In this document: one piece after another, positions 52,746 to 64,000 of the stretch
How the letters are laid out: every line of letters begins with the position of its first letter
How positions within the stretch are numbered: the stretch's first letter is position 1
Program-made: the position numbers and the translations under genes
Notes under the pieces: generated by a model
Seen by the model: the letters and a program-made list of their open reading frames with translations, nothing else
What the model was told of the DNA's origin: nothing
Databases searched by the model: none
Source: Paecilomyces variotii
Lineage: Eukaryota
DNA: 64,000 nucleotides
Assembly (NCBI GenBank): GCA_004022145.1
Contig: RCNU01000005.1
Strand: one strand, 5' to 3'

Positions 52746-54540
52746 TCACGCGTATGGCGCCCCCTGCCAAAAGCGACATCGTGCATTATCCGTGTTGTCG
52801 AGGGTTTCCGATATCCCTGAGTCCGAAAAGTCCATCATGGTACCCTTCTCGCCATGCTCGTTGAAGACGGGTCCAATGGAAGATTTTGGGACTCCTGTTT
52901 CGACAAAACTAGTGATGTATTGCTGCATAGCAATAGCAACCGTAGTATTCACGTCGGTGGTCGCCCCGGTGAAGAAATTCGACCCGTTGAAAAACGTGTA
53001 AGGTACATCCTGCCCATGGAGAGCAGGAGGAATAGTGAACCAATAGGCATACGTCCGGTTGTCGTAGGCACGGTTGAGATAATCTGTGCTGCACTGGAAG
53101 GCTAGATCCGAAATAGCCAAAGACAAGCGCTGCACACTTGTTGTATAACCGTACGTGCCATTGTATATGGGAGGGTAAAGCACCTCCGTTATTTCGTTCA
53201 GCACGGCAGGCGAAACATCTGGCAATGCTTGTTTCAGGTATGCTTCGAATCCGCTGTCGTTGAGACTAGAGGGAGGAGTAAACTCTAGCCCTTCATCTGC
53301 GTTGTGGCCAACCATTACTTTCACATGCTTGGCGAATCGCCCATCTTGCAAAAGCTGGCCTGGAAGAGCCGGGGCAAACGTTCTATCGACGACAGGGCCA
53401 TAGGTAAAAGTACCGTAGGGAGATTTCACCCCGACTTGGTACAGATTCGCTGCGATCAGCTTCTCTGACGGCAGGTTTCTTGCCTCCTCGAGTGTGCTGA
53501 CATTAGCAATTCGCAGGAATTGCTGCAAAGTTGCTTCCTGAACACTCTCGTTCGTCATGGGCACGAATCCAGGACTCTGGATAATGGCCTGTTTAAACGC
53601 GACTCCTTGGTCACCACCGTAAGCGGTGATCTGATGCAAAACAGACCCTCCGCCTGCCGATTCCCCCATGATAGTGATCTTTTCTGGGTCGCCTCCGAAG
53701 AGGTGGATGTATTTATGCACCCACTCTATAGCCAGTCTCTGATCAAGCAATCCAGCGTTCGACGTGCCGTCTTTCCCAATGCTGTAGCCTCCCAGAAAGC
53801 CAAAGGCTCCCAGCTGCTCAGTGTTAGCCCGCTATTTGCGTCATACTTTTCGAGGCTCTAACAGCACCACTTACCCGATAGTTCAGAGCCACATATACTA
53901 TACCATCTTTTCCACCTTCCATACTGCGATGGATTAACCCAGAAGGATCGTATTGGCTCTTGTCTCCGGTAGTGAAGCCACCACCGTACAACCAAACCAG
54001 GACAGGTACTCCAGCGAAGCCGCAGCTATTCCGGGATCTGTCAAACACGACTTGGGGAACAACTACATCCAGGAACAGGCAGTCCTCTGTCGTCCGAGGG
54101 TCTTGCGCTCCGGTCGGGTAGGATGAAGAGTTGATATTGTACGGACCGCTATATGGTAGCCCGAGCAGCTGAGTCTCAACAAAATTCGGGGCGATCTCCG
54201 TAGCCCATAGAGGCATTGCCTGTGGACAGACACGGCCGACGGTGCCGGTTTGTACCTCTGAGCGATTTATCTCAGGAGATACCGGTGCGCGGAATCGCAA
54301 GTCGCCTACAGGCGGAGCAGCATATCGGATATTGCTGAAGTTGTATAGCCCCTGTGATATCTTCATGCGGTCAGATCCTTCTTAACTCATCATAGAAATG
54401 TTTGGACAAAAAAATGTACATACGTTGATGGGGTTTGCCTGATGCAGCTCGTATCCCAAGTCAACAATGGGCAACGCCACTGCCACGCATAGAGGCGCCA
54501 GCGCTAAGCACAGCGCAGTCACACCGAGGAACAGACGCAT
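52746..54540 (-). CDS. Secreted type-B carboxylesterase / lipase, 3 exons
   Basis: MRLFLGVTALCLALA signal; NIRYAAPPVGDLRF; EDCLFLDV; WLYGGGF; FGGDPEKITIMGESAGG; ALHGQD. Confidence 0.93.
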
Positions 54541-56077
54541 TGGAGTACAATACTGGCCTCAAAGATAGGCAATCTAAAAAAGAACCAGATCTCCCATGTA
54601 GCACATGGGCCGATTTTTATGTGTCTCTTCCCCAGCGCAGCCGGCTGGACACGGCAGTGGCTCGGTGGAGATGATCCCACCGAGGCATTTTTCGAAGCCA
54701 GACACTGATCAAGGCAGGTTTCTCTGCATTGGATCCCAGCATATATGGCATGGGTTTGTGCAGCAATCTGATTATTGAGCCAACGTTGGAGTTACAATGG
54801 CAAGTTACGTTTTTCGGATCTGTGGGTAGATCCTGTCCCTTTGCGGTGCTTTGGAAGCATCCAGACTCTGGGCGCTGTTTGTTCGCGGCCAACTACTTAA
54901 TCAATACAATACCGTCACCGGCTTCTCACGGTGTCCATAAAGATATGCTTATCAGAAGCACCAAAAAAAACATGCTGGAGCTGTGAGGATACAGAGGATT
55001 TTTTTAATACACCAACTCCAAGGATGGGCGGCAGACAACAATTGGTAGGGCGACAGGCTGAACACGCGACACACGGCGGAGAATTCTCCAGATCAACTCG
55101 ATCGCAGTATGTAACTAGGTAGGTACTTACCAAACGCTTCCACACTGCATAAGCCCATAGATTACCCACTGTCCATCCACCTCTTGCACTGCAAATCCCA
55201 GATGGTCGCTCCGGATGTTCACAACAGAAGTAAAAGGGATTCCGGGTGGCTTTTCTGTAGGAGGAATTCCAGGTACCAACAGTTTGTGCACGATAAAAAT
55301 CTACATACATAGCTCATTTCGGGTCACTCTTGCCCATCATTATATTTCCAGGATAGATATTGCTATCCTGAATCAGCGCTTAATCTATCTTGTGAATGCC
55401 CTTGCATTATATATTCAAAAAGTATCAGAAATCTGTCTATCTCGGCTGACATGTGAGACCTGCAGAGATCTGTGAGGAAATGGTAAATGACAGTATCAAA
55501 GTAGCCATGCTACCTGGTTGGTTGGGCCTATGTAGCTTTGCAGTCCTTTGATGAAAGCCCAGGCCTTTCATCTTCTGAAAGAGAAGACTTCATTCTCTGA
55601 ATCTGGCCGTTACATGTGGGACTAGGCAGTCTATATATTCACACGAACTCAGCAACAAAGTAATAAAATCACGCACACTGTATGTCTCTTCCTAGGCATA
55701 AAGCTAAACAACATCGGTTGTTTGTTATTGTTATTATTTCTGTTATAACCTTTCAGTGGGACCACAAGATCAAATAAGTTGAGTATGGACAGGCATTTTC
55801 CCTTGCTGGAAAGAAGCATACTGAACAGCAGAAACATTCACTTCTCTTTATTGCCAGTTTGTGATCGATAGGAAGCCAGTTTTACACGGTCCACTTAGCT
55901 GGAGATGACACCACAACTCTCTATATCGGTCAGACGTAGATCTCATAGAATCAAAGATCCACTGCAAGGCTTCCAACTTGACAAAGAATATCCGCCTGAG
56001 ACACTCTTATCTTCCCTGATGCATCCGTAGTCCGGAAGATTTGTCTATATATCTAGTGAGCTTCCATACCATGCTGG

Positions 56078-56941
56078 ATGAATTGGCTTCTCTACAGCCC
56101 ATCTTCTGATCCTAGTCTCCCCAAAATGGAGAACGAAACATCGCTACTCACCTACTTGACAGACAATCCTCCACCGATCCCCATAATTCCTGATGCAAGC
56201 CGCCAGGGCAATATGCCTCCATATGCCCCTGGAGATCTCCCAAATCTCACGGAATGGTTAGATTTCGATCTCGAAACCATTCTCGATCGGTATGATTGGC
56301 TCTTGGAGCATACAATGCTGCCCCCGGACCCCCTCCCAGAGTCGCCTCCCCCTGCGATAATGTCTCAGAGCCACTTGCAATATCGCCTTGCTGAGCATGT
56401 GGTCCCACGGGTACGAAGAGCTCTGCGAGCGACATTCAGTTACCTCGAATCCCGACATGGGCTCAAAGGTCGAGCAGTGCTTTCTTTCGACGGTGGAGCT
56501 TACACAAGCTTTGCTGGAGCTCATGAGCCCGAATTATCATTCTATGCAGTGGAGGGAGACAGGGACAGCAGCCGTCATAGAGTCCCCGGCGCAGTGAGGC
56601 CAAGCTGGCAATGGGACAGCAGCTTCGCACTGAGACCTGATGGCCAACATGCGTATCGAGCCGGCCTCGCTACGCTGAACTGGTACATGAGCCATCGCGG
56701 CTCTCGATACGGATTCATGCTCACAGACAAAGAGCTCGTGGCTGTTCGAAGAATGGAAAACGGGGATCTACAGCTCTCAGCTTCGATACTATGGCGAACG
56801 TGGGGAACTTATCAGAATCCGGAGCTTACTCTGTTTCTGGGACTGTGGTACCTGGGCATGCTTGCTTCCCGCGATGATGAGTGGAACGTGCGTGAACAGA
56901 TGCCAGTGATCAGTCATGATGATCAAACCCTTTTCCCATAG
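56078..56941 (+). CDS. Hypothetical protein (287 aa; start may be 56126), fungal family with YM...RYGFMLTDKELV motif
   Basis: Intronless ORF with coding-like composition; function not recognised. Confidence 0.75.
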   Translation: MNWLLYSPSSDPSLPKMENETSLLTYLTDNPPPIPIIPDASRQGNMPPYAPGDLPNLTEWLDFDLETILDRYDWLLEHTMLPPDPLPESPPPAIMSQSHLQYRLAEHVVPRVRRALRATFSYLESRHGLKGRAVLSFDGGAYTSFAGAHEPELSFYAVEGDRDSSRHRVPGAVRPSWQWDSSFALRPDGQHAYRAGLATLNWYMSHRGSRYGFMLTDKELVAVRRMENGDLQLSASILWRTWGTYQNPELTLFLGLWYLGMLASRDDEWNVREQMPVISHDDQTLFP

Positions 56942-57457
56942 ATCTACCTATCTAGTATGGATTTGGCGCTTCTGGAGCGATGAACTGTTTGGAGGGTGTT
57001 TCGGTATCTGGGCGTGTTAATTTCTGCAATGGGTCAGGAGCCATCAAAATGTATTTAGCATGTAAATCAGACGAGTAAGACATACGGCCATACAGTGCAA
57101 GCATATCGGCAACTGTCAGTTGGATAATTATGTCTAAGAGAACAGAAATAGGTTTGGTGTAGAGCACGGTTAACTTACTGTAACTATGTAACTGGTTGCG
57201 GGCGGGGATTAAAAGGAACACGCGCACGGCCGCAACTTCGACCGTCGCATCGTCGCCTTCTCCACAGCTTCACAGTTGCCTTCTCTATACACAACAGCTC
57301 TTCAAGTTCTCAATTGGCTATTGAGCTTCCACCTCGGCCTCTTCTTTATCTTACCCAGGGCTCTATTAAAGCCGACTTTACCGGTACAGAGCTGCTGAAA
57401 ACACCTAGCCAGGAACTGCCAGCTTTCCCTGCGCACAACATCCAGCACGAGCACGCG

Positions 57458-58420
57458 ATGGATGCGCGCGTCCTTTCGAGCCTCGATAATCTCGAGGCTA
57501 GACTCAATAGTGTCCTTACTTCGTTGACGACGTCGCCTACTGCTGCCGGAGCACCAGCCGCAACACTCGCTCTAATCGACGCAGATGACGCGCTGTCTTC
57601 GGCGCTTGAGACTCTCCGCACACACCAAGCTAATTACGCCAAGATCCTAAAGCTTCGAGCTGAGGCGGAACAACTGGAAGAAAGGGTTAAGGGGATTGTG
57701 CGAGATATTGAAGGCGTGGGAAAGGAAATTTCTACTGTATGCGGTGACGAAGTCGAGGACGAGAGCGAGACCGACGACGACAGCGACGATGACAGCGACT
57801 ACGCGTCAGACGAAGCTGACAAGAAAGTCACATCGACCAGTCGAGGGAAAGAGGTCGACTACAAGTTACTGCTTGACTTTGCCCGTCGAATCAGCAGATA
57901 TAATCAGCAAGCAGCGGCAGACGCGGCGGCTGGAGCTCTAGTCAAGAAGAGGCTACAGGAAGAGAAGCAAGCGGATCGAGACGTGGAGATGACCGGTGTC
58001 AATGGAGACCATGCTGAAGGAGATAACGCACGGTCCGTCGGTGCAGTCACGAAGGACGCAACTGCCTGGCTAGACGAGTCCGCAAATATGGCGCGAGCGA
58101 TGTACATGATGCCTTTCCCTGCAGAAGATCGGATTCGACTGGGTCTCATGGCACAAGTCCAGCTTGCTGCGACGGATCGAGGGATAGATCCCGACCAGGA
58201 GGTGGAGAGATTGGTGCGGGAAGCTGAAGGAGTCGGCATTGCCGAACCAGTGCAGATGCAGGGTCAGAGCGAAGAAAGGAATCACGCAGCTGAGGCATCA
58301 AGGGCTGCAGAGCATGTGGGTTCGACTGCCGTGAGTAGTGCTGCACCAGCGGCTGCTCCTCCAAAGCCTAAGGCTACGCTCGATCTCGATCTATACGACC
58401 CAGAAGACGACGATATTTGA
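57458..58420 (+). CDS. med4: Mediator of RNA polymerase II transcription subunit 4
   Basis: N-terminal coiled coil (HQANYAKILKLRAE), VDYKLLLDFARRISRY, MPFPAEDRIRLG, acidic C-terminus LDLDLYDPEDDDI. Confidence 0.88.
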   Translation: MDARVLSSLDNLEARLNSVLTSLTTSPTAAGAPAATLALIDADDALSSALETLRTHQANYAKILKLRAEAEQLEERVKGIVRDIEGVGKEISTVCGDEVEDESETDDDSDDDSDYASDEADKKVTSTSRGKEVDYKLLLDFARRISRYNQQAAADAAAGALVKKRLQEEKQADRDVEMTGVNGDHAEGDNARSVGAVTKDATAWLDESANMARAMYMMPFPAEDRIRLGLMAQVQLAATDRGIDPDQEVERLVREAEGVGIAEPVQMQGQSEERNHAAEASRAAEHVGSTAVSSAAPAAAPPKPKATLDLDLYDPEDDDI

Positions 58421-58730
58421 AAAAAAGTGTCTAAGGAAGCTCTCGGTCAGGTAAAAATCTAGACCTGCACCTCTTTGCTTCTGTAAACTTTGATACTGCC
58501 TCGGTAGACGCAGGAATCATGGACGCAGTCGCATAAAATCCGGAATGATATTTGTCCAAAGACCTATGTTGACTAGCACTGCCGCGGGCCATTGTTACAA
58601 TCATGCATTGTGCTACTAGACCAGCCCGTACGGGGCAGAGATATAACCAGGATATGTTAACACAAGTATTGCCTTTCAGAGAGCGTATCATTTAAGCTTC
58701 CAGATTGAGATATCAAAGACTAGTCCAGCA

Positions 58731-60790
58731 TTACATGGTATGCACATCCGATTTCGCCGTCCACTTCCTGCACCGCTTCCCGAAGAAATAAAACACAGCA
58801 CCAAACGAACACCAGAGTACCATAAGGCACATATTGAGCATAATAGGAGGGACATATCCAGCCTCCTCAGTCCAGGGAGTGATGAACTTGCTAAACCCAT
58901 AACCCCACAGATTCTTGTTGACCGTGACTGTCACGAAGATCGAGCCGGCCACTGGTTTGTAGCTGTCGACGGCATACGTACTGGCGATCGCAGGAAGCGC
59001 CACAACTTGAATCCCGGCACATGTATAACCGACAATTACAATTACCTGCATTATCTTCTTGTTAGAATATGACAATCAGATGCTATCAGTGTATAGGACT
59101 TACCCTCCAGTCCCATTTGTATTCAGAACCAAATGCAACAATGAAATTTCCAAGAATGGAAATGATCAGATAAGGAATCATGGCAGGCAATCTCATCTCG
59201 GGCTCTCTAATACCGCGGTTTCTCTTCGTGGCGCGCATGGAGATCCAGTCTGATAGCGGACCGTTGGTAACCATGCCGATCAGAGCACCTATCCAGACGG
59301 CAAAGTTGAAGAATCCGATCGTTTGACTGGAGAAGTTATATGGAGGACCAGCGAAGGCCTGGCTCTGCGTAAGATTGATAGTCAAGTAACAACTAGCTCC
59401 CCAAGACACGATGAACGCTGCGAATTCAACGATAGGGTATAGGTGGAGCTTCCACGGGATCCAGAAATTCAACAGCAATGTCTTGATCCAGTTCCCATCG
59501 AATTGGTATATGTGAAACTGCCGTTTGGAAGGAGAACCCCGTCCCAGATATGGGTCTCTTTCCACTGTCTCTTCATGCGTGAGATTTTCCTGTGTCACCT
59601 GCGTCGGTTTCTCCAGATCGGATTCGTTGGCGTTTGACTCGTTAACAACACCGACGGATGCTTCTTGGCTGTGTTTTAGTTCATTTGGATGAGCCCGATG
59701 CCACTTCGTCTCTGGGAAGAAAAAGACCAGAAGCACGAAGACAGTTCCTAATAATCCCACATTAAACCAGAAGAAACTCCTCCAGCCAACGTGCTGGGCC
59801 ATTGCTCCAGCAATGATTGGACCGATCTAGAGAAGAGTACATAATCAGTCATTATAACTCTGTATCAAAGCTTTGGGAAGCCATCTCACCATAAGCGAAC
59901 CGAAGTATGCAGTGAAATATAGAGTGTTGTAAGCGCCTCGTTCATGCAGGAACATGATATCAGCAACAATTTCCGGTTGGGCACTCTATATATTGATGTC
60001 TCAGTCACGTTGCGGTCCACATGAGTTTTCCGCTGGAAGTACCAACCTCTGCCGGGCCTGCACCGAATCCGTTGAGGATGCAAGCTCCCATGTAGCTTCC
60101 ATATGTTGTTGCTTTCGCTCGCCATATATTACTAACACAGCATATGAGGGTGGAGAAGATAAGGACTGGTCTTCTCCCAAAGGTGGCTTGAACAGGGACC
60201 CTTTGGAAACCTTCCGGTTAGACACAGAATGTCACAAGGTAAGAGGAGGAGACTTACCAGAAAAAATTACTGAAGCCCAGGATTAGAATACATACACCTG
60301 TGAATTGGACTACATCCGCGAGACTTGCGTTAAACGACTTCATGAGGTCCGGGAACATGGGACCCAGAGCCAGAGGTCCAAGTCCTTGCGAGAATGACAC
60401 TGCTGTTGCCAGGGACATGGCGCTAAATTTCCAATATTTGTTCCAGTTCTGCAGTCTCCGTTGTCAATTCTGATTTCTCGACAGCATGAATGGAGATCAT
60501 CATACCAGAGGATCGCGGGGATCATTCGATGGCTGAGGAACTAGAACACGATCTGAGCTCCCAGATGATTTCACGAAGTGATGCGTCCCAACATCTGTCA
60601 TAATTTCTGTTCCAGGATAGATCTTCGTATCCAATTCCTCCTCCAACCTGTTACAGTGTCAGCTTTAACAACATTCAAACGGGTGAGTGTCGACGTACTG
60701 GCGAAGAGTCTATCGAGAGTTAGCATTGCAACTTGTGCAATAAACACAGAGCAGAGGATAACCTACCGCCTCGTCATAGTTCATCTCCAT
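58731..60790 (-). CDS. MFS transporter (Hol1-like), multi-exon with an 11-nt microexon
   Basis: MEMNYDEA|TLRQ|LEEELDTKIYPGTE...LVPQPSNDPRDPL|NW; FGRRPVL; GFGAGPAE; DIMFLHERG; GWRSFFW; REPEMRLP. Confidence 0.9.
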
Positions 60791-62908
60791 GCTGGGCAAA
60801 TAGCCAGCCCTCCAGCTCACGAAATCTAACCTATGCAAGAGCGCGCTCTGTTGGAGGACCACTTCTCTGACAGAAAGCACTCCAAGCGATTTACAGGGGG
60901 ACGTCCGCCCCTTAAGTATATACCGTTGCGGGGAAGCAGGATTCTGGCCATCGCTTTAAACCTCCATCTACTTCGTACTATGTCTGTCTGCCATCCTGGC
61001 CGGGGCTTGAACGCATACACCCCACAATATGCTAGCCATGCTTGGTTATCCGGGTCTCTGAGGGGCGTGAAGAATCCCCTTCTCCAGGTTGGATGTGCAT
61101 CGCAGTCCCAAACACGATCTCCCCCGGACCCGCTGTCCCCGAACCCCAAACTTCGTTAATTCTTCACGCTAGGACTACGCGTGGCGTTCTTGGCCAATTT
61201 TCGCACATCTCTCCAGTTCTCGACACGAGGATTAGACGTCAGGATGCTGAAAACCCCCCTTCTGCTCACTAGTTCATACTGGAGACGGCATTTCTCTACG
61301 CGGAATTGCCGTTCAGACCAGCAGTCAATCCATTTGCGCAAGATTTAGCGGATCAACAACTTAAGTTTCCTCATGGCTGACTCTATGGACTAGACTTCAA
61401 TAGCAAGCCTCCAACTTAGAGTCGCTGAAGTCGCTGAATAAGAAGCCAGATGGGTGACGTCTGGAGAACCTCACTTTTCTAACCTGCAGCAAGCCATCTC
61501 AAGGTCTCGGAGTCTCCGCTCGTGCATCCATCTCCAGGACCAAATAGAAACCTGAGAAAGGCCATTGTCTTCTAGATGCGCAGATATACTGGGACAGGTT
61601 ACGATACCCCTGGAGAGTTGCATGTTAGAAGCATCTCGTGATGCTAAACAGTCTGCTAACCTTCACAGCTTATGAATCATCGATTACACGTTCAATATGC
61701 GACGAAGCTTGTCTTCCGGGCGATATAAACGAGTTTAGCTTCGCCTATGAGTGACTTTTTGCTCTCTCTCTTTCTCCTACTTGGGCGAGCCCCACGGAGA
61801 TGAATCCCGCACGGGGGAGATATCCTCCCCGCGTTTGTTGCCCGCAGTGTCCATCTGGCCATGATTCGCCTCAGACTCTCCAGTCTACCAATAGAGTCGA
61901 ATTGCCGAGCCAATGACCAGTTGTTCGGCAATTTACCACGGGCTCTATGTTGGAAGCTGTTCTAGTCTGCGGGATCGCTGTCATGCTCGTCACTCACCCT
62001 TCACGCGCCACGAAGACACTCCCGGAACTTTTCCGCCCAGCTCTGACTAGGAAAGCATTAGACGAGCTTCTCATTGGGCCTCTCGACCTATCATAGTCTG
62101 TCGATTTTTATTGGATGTCCCTTTCTTGAGATCACTGATCCTTCAACTTCCTCGCGCTAAGACTGTTTGAAACGGCTACACGCAGATAAATACGACTTGG
62201 ACTCTACTGCCTAACTCATCGTCAACATACGCGCCAGCGGAGAAACAGATCTAGGCAAATGTCAGATACATTCTCTTCCAGAGATTGAGGCTACCTCTCA
62301 AATTATCAGTTCACTACAAAATGCATACAGCTAGACAATGGATAGTTTCGACAGACAGCAGTGGGGGGCTATCAGAATTGGGTATTTCTAGATTACAGAC
62401 AGAGTCGCTTTCATCCGATTTGATGCTTGGGGATGGTCTGTTGACTAGTCGATGGTCTTCATCCCAGGGCACTTCTTACCATGTCTGTCAACGCCGGGAG
62501 AGGATTGCGAACCTGTCGCTTATTCAGCTCATCGAATAAGTAAAAGCGGGATGCGGAGATATCGTGGATAGTTTAGGTGGAGCGTCCGGAGAATCACTCC
62601 ACATCGAAGGATTCAAGAAGCCCCCTGGAAACAATAATTCTAGTTGTGGCTCGTGACGTCAAAAGAACCGTCCTGCTGGGACATTCCATCCAGTGGAGAT
62701 ATCGAGACTGCAAACTATGAAATCTGGGGGTATTCTAGACCGTTTGCCTCTTTTCCCACAGGACGTTCGTGGGTCTCTATATACTCCTCGCATCATCCAC
62801 CTTCATTTTCAGTATACTCAGGATGGCCTGGTCTTAGTCGGGTCATCAGAACCATACCTTATATACCTCTCTACAATCCATATATTACGGACAAGATAAG
62901 GCCACGTT

Positions 62909-64000
62909 ATGTCACAGTCATCAATCCGCCATGCGGGACATCATTATACATCCCGGACCCGTCCAGAAGATGCGGGCAAACGAGAGGCTCCTGATGGTGC
63001 TGCTGATGGCACCGCTGATGGTGCTGCCGATGGTGCTGCCGATGGTGCTGGCCCAGGGCCAGATGGAACCGCCACTCATCAAGAGAAGTCAGAAAGACCA
63101 GACGGAAAGATCGAACTTACAGAAGAAGATTGTTGGGACAAGCTAGGTTTTGCTTTCCCAAAGTGGAAGAAATGGCTCATTATCACCATTATCTTTGCGG
63201 TCCAAGTTTCGATGAACTTCAATGCAAGTCTCTATGCCAACGTTGTCACTCCGCTGTCGTCACACTTTTCGATTTCTGAGCAGGCTGCAAGAGTGGGCCA
63301 GATGATATTCCTCGTCGCCTACGCATTTGGAAGCGAACTTTGGGCTCCATGGAGCGAGGAATTTGGACGATGGCCAATTATGCAGATGAGTTTGACTCTC
63401 GTCAATATCTGGCAAGTCCCATGCTCAGTTGCACCGAATTTCGGAACCATTATTGTATGTCGCGGTCTTGGTGGTCTGTCCTCTGCTGGCGGTTCTGTGA
63501 CACTGGGGATGGTCGCGGATATGTGGGAACCTGACGAACAACAATATGCAGTTGCTTATATTGTTCTTTCCTCCGTGGCTGGATCTGCCCTCGCCCCCAT
63601 TATTGGAGGATTTGTAACAAAATACTGCACTTGGCACTGGAACTTTTGGATACAGCTCATCCTTGGAGGCTTCGTTCAATTCCTTCACTTCTGGGTTCCG
63701 GAGACGCGATGCAGCATCCTAGTCACCCGAGAAGCTAAAAGGAGAAGGAAGCACGGCGAAAATGTCTGGAGCGCGGACGAACTCAGAGAGAAGCGCATTG
63801 GAATCAAGGATGTCATGGTCATTTGGGCACGGCCATTTGTGATGTTTGTCCGCGAGCCCATCGTCCTCTGTTTATCACTTCTTAGCGGTTTCAGTGATGC
63901 TCTTATTTTCACCTTTCTTGCATCCTACAAACTAGTCTATGAACAGTGGGGTTTTGGCCCAGTGGATACAGGTCTTGCATTTATCCCGTAAGCTCCGAAT
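62909..64000 (+). CDS. MFS drug:H+ antiporter (DHA1, Tpo-like), runs off the window end
   Basis: WAPWSEEFGRWP, GSVTLGMVADMW, PETR, RPFVMFVREPIV; an intron starts near 63988. Confidence 0.92.
62993..63052 (+). repeat. Coding minisatellite, 5 x 12 bp (GATGGTGCTGCY) encoding DGAA repeats
   Basis: Directly visible tandem units. Confidence 0.9.

Noticed and set aside
47101-56941. Secondary-metabolite cluster or Starship cargo (esterases, transporters, orphans)
   Set aside because: No backbone enzyme, cluster transcription factor or tyrosine-recombinase captain is present in the window.
59886-60830. MFS gene appears fragmented (pseudogene) in the ORF track
   Set aside because: It can be spliced into one intact frame using canonical introns and a microexon.
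1-64000. tRNA, rRNA or CRISPR arrays
   Set aside because: None recognised by eye; the sequence is eukaryotic and shows no repeat-spacer array. tRNAscan-SE and Infernal were not run.

Overview
Filamentous ascomycete genomic DNA, most likely Eurotiomycete/Eurotiales judging by intron style and the proteins. Three zones. (1) 1-22.3 kb is gene-rich: an accessory-looking first ~7.8 kb (GH78 rhamnosidase remnant, F-box protein, two orphan genes), then conserved genes (PRPP synthetase, Ssu1/TDT transporter, Dcg1-like racemase, gamma-tubulin, AN1 zinc-finger protein, FAM32A-like protein). (2) ~22.3-46.8 kb is an extremely AT-rich, RIP-mutated nest of LTR retrotransposons: a Ty1/copia pol (-), a truncated Ty3/gypsy element (+), a ~10.2 kb LTR-to-LTR Ty3/gypsy element of a second family (+), an inverted partial copy of that family (-), and a solo LTR with a 4-bp TSD. 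The 10.2 kb element carries an unexplained ~900-codon third reading frame between integrase and the 3' LTR, which is the most interesting signal in the window. (3) 46.8-64 kb is gene-rich again: unknown membrane protein, PQ-loop protein, class 3 lipase, carboxylesterase, a nuclease-like orphan, Med4 and two divergent MFS transporters. Exon boundaries and de-RIP readings were made by eye and no database search was run.
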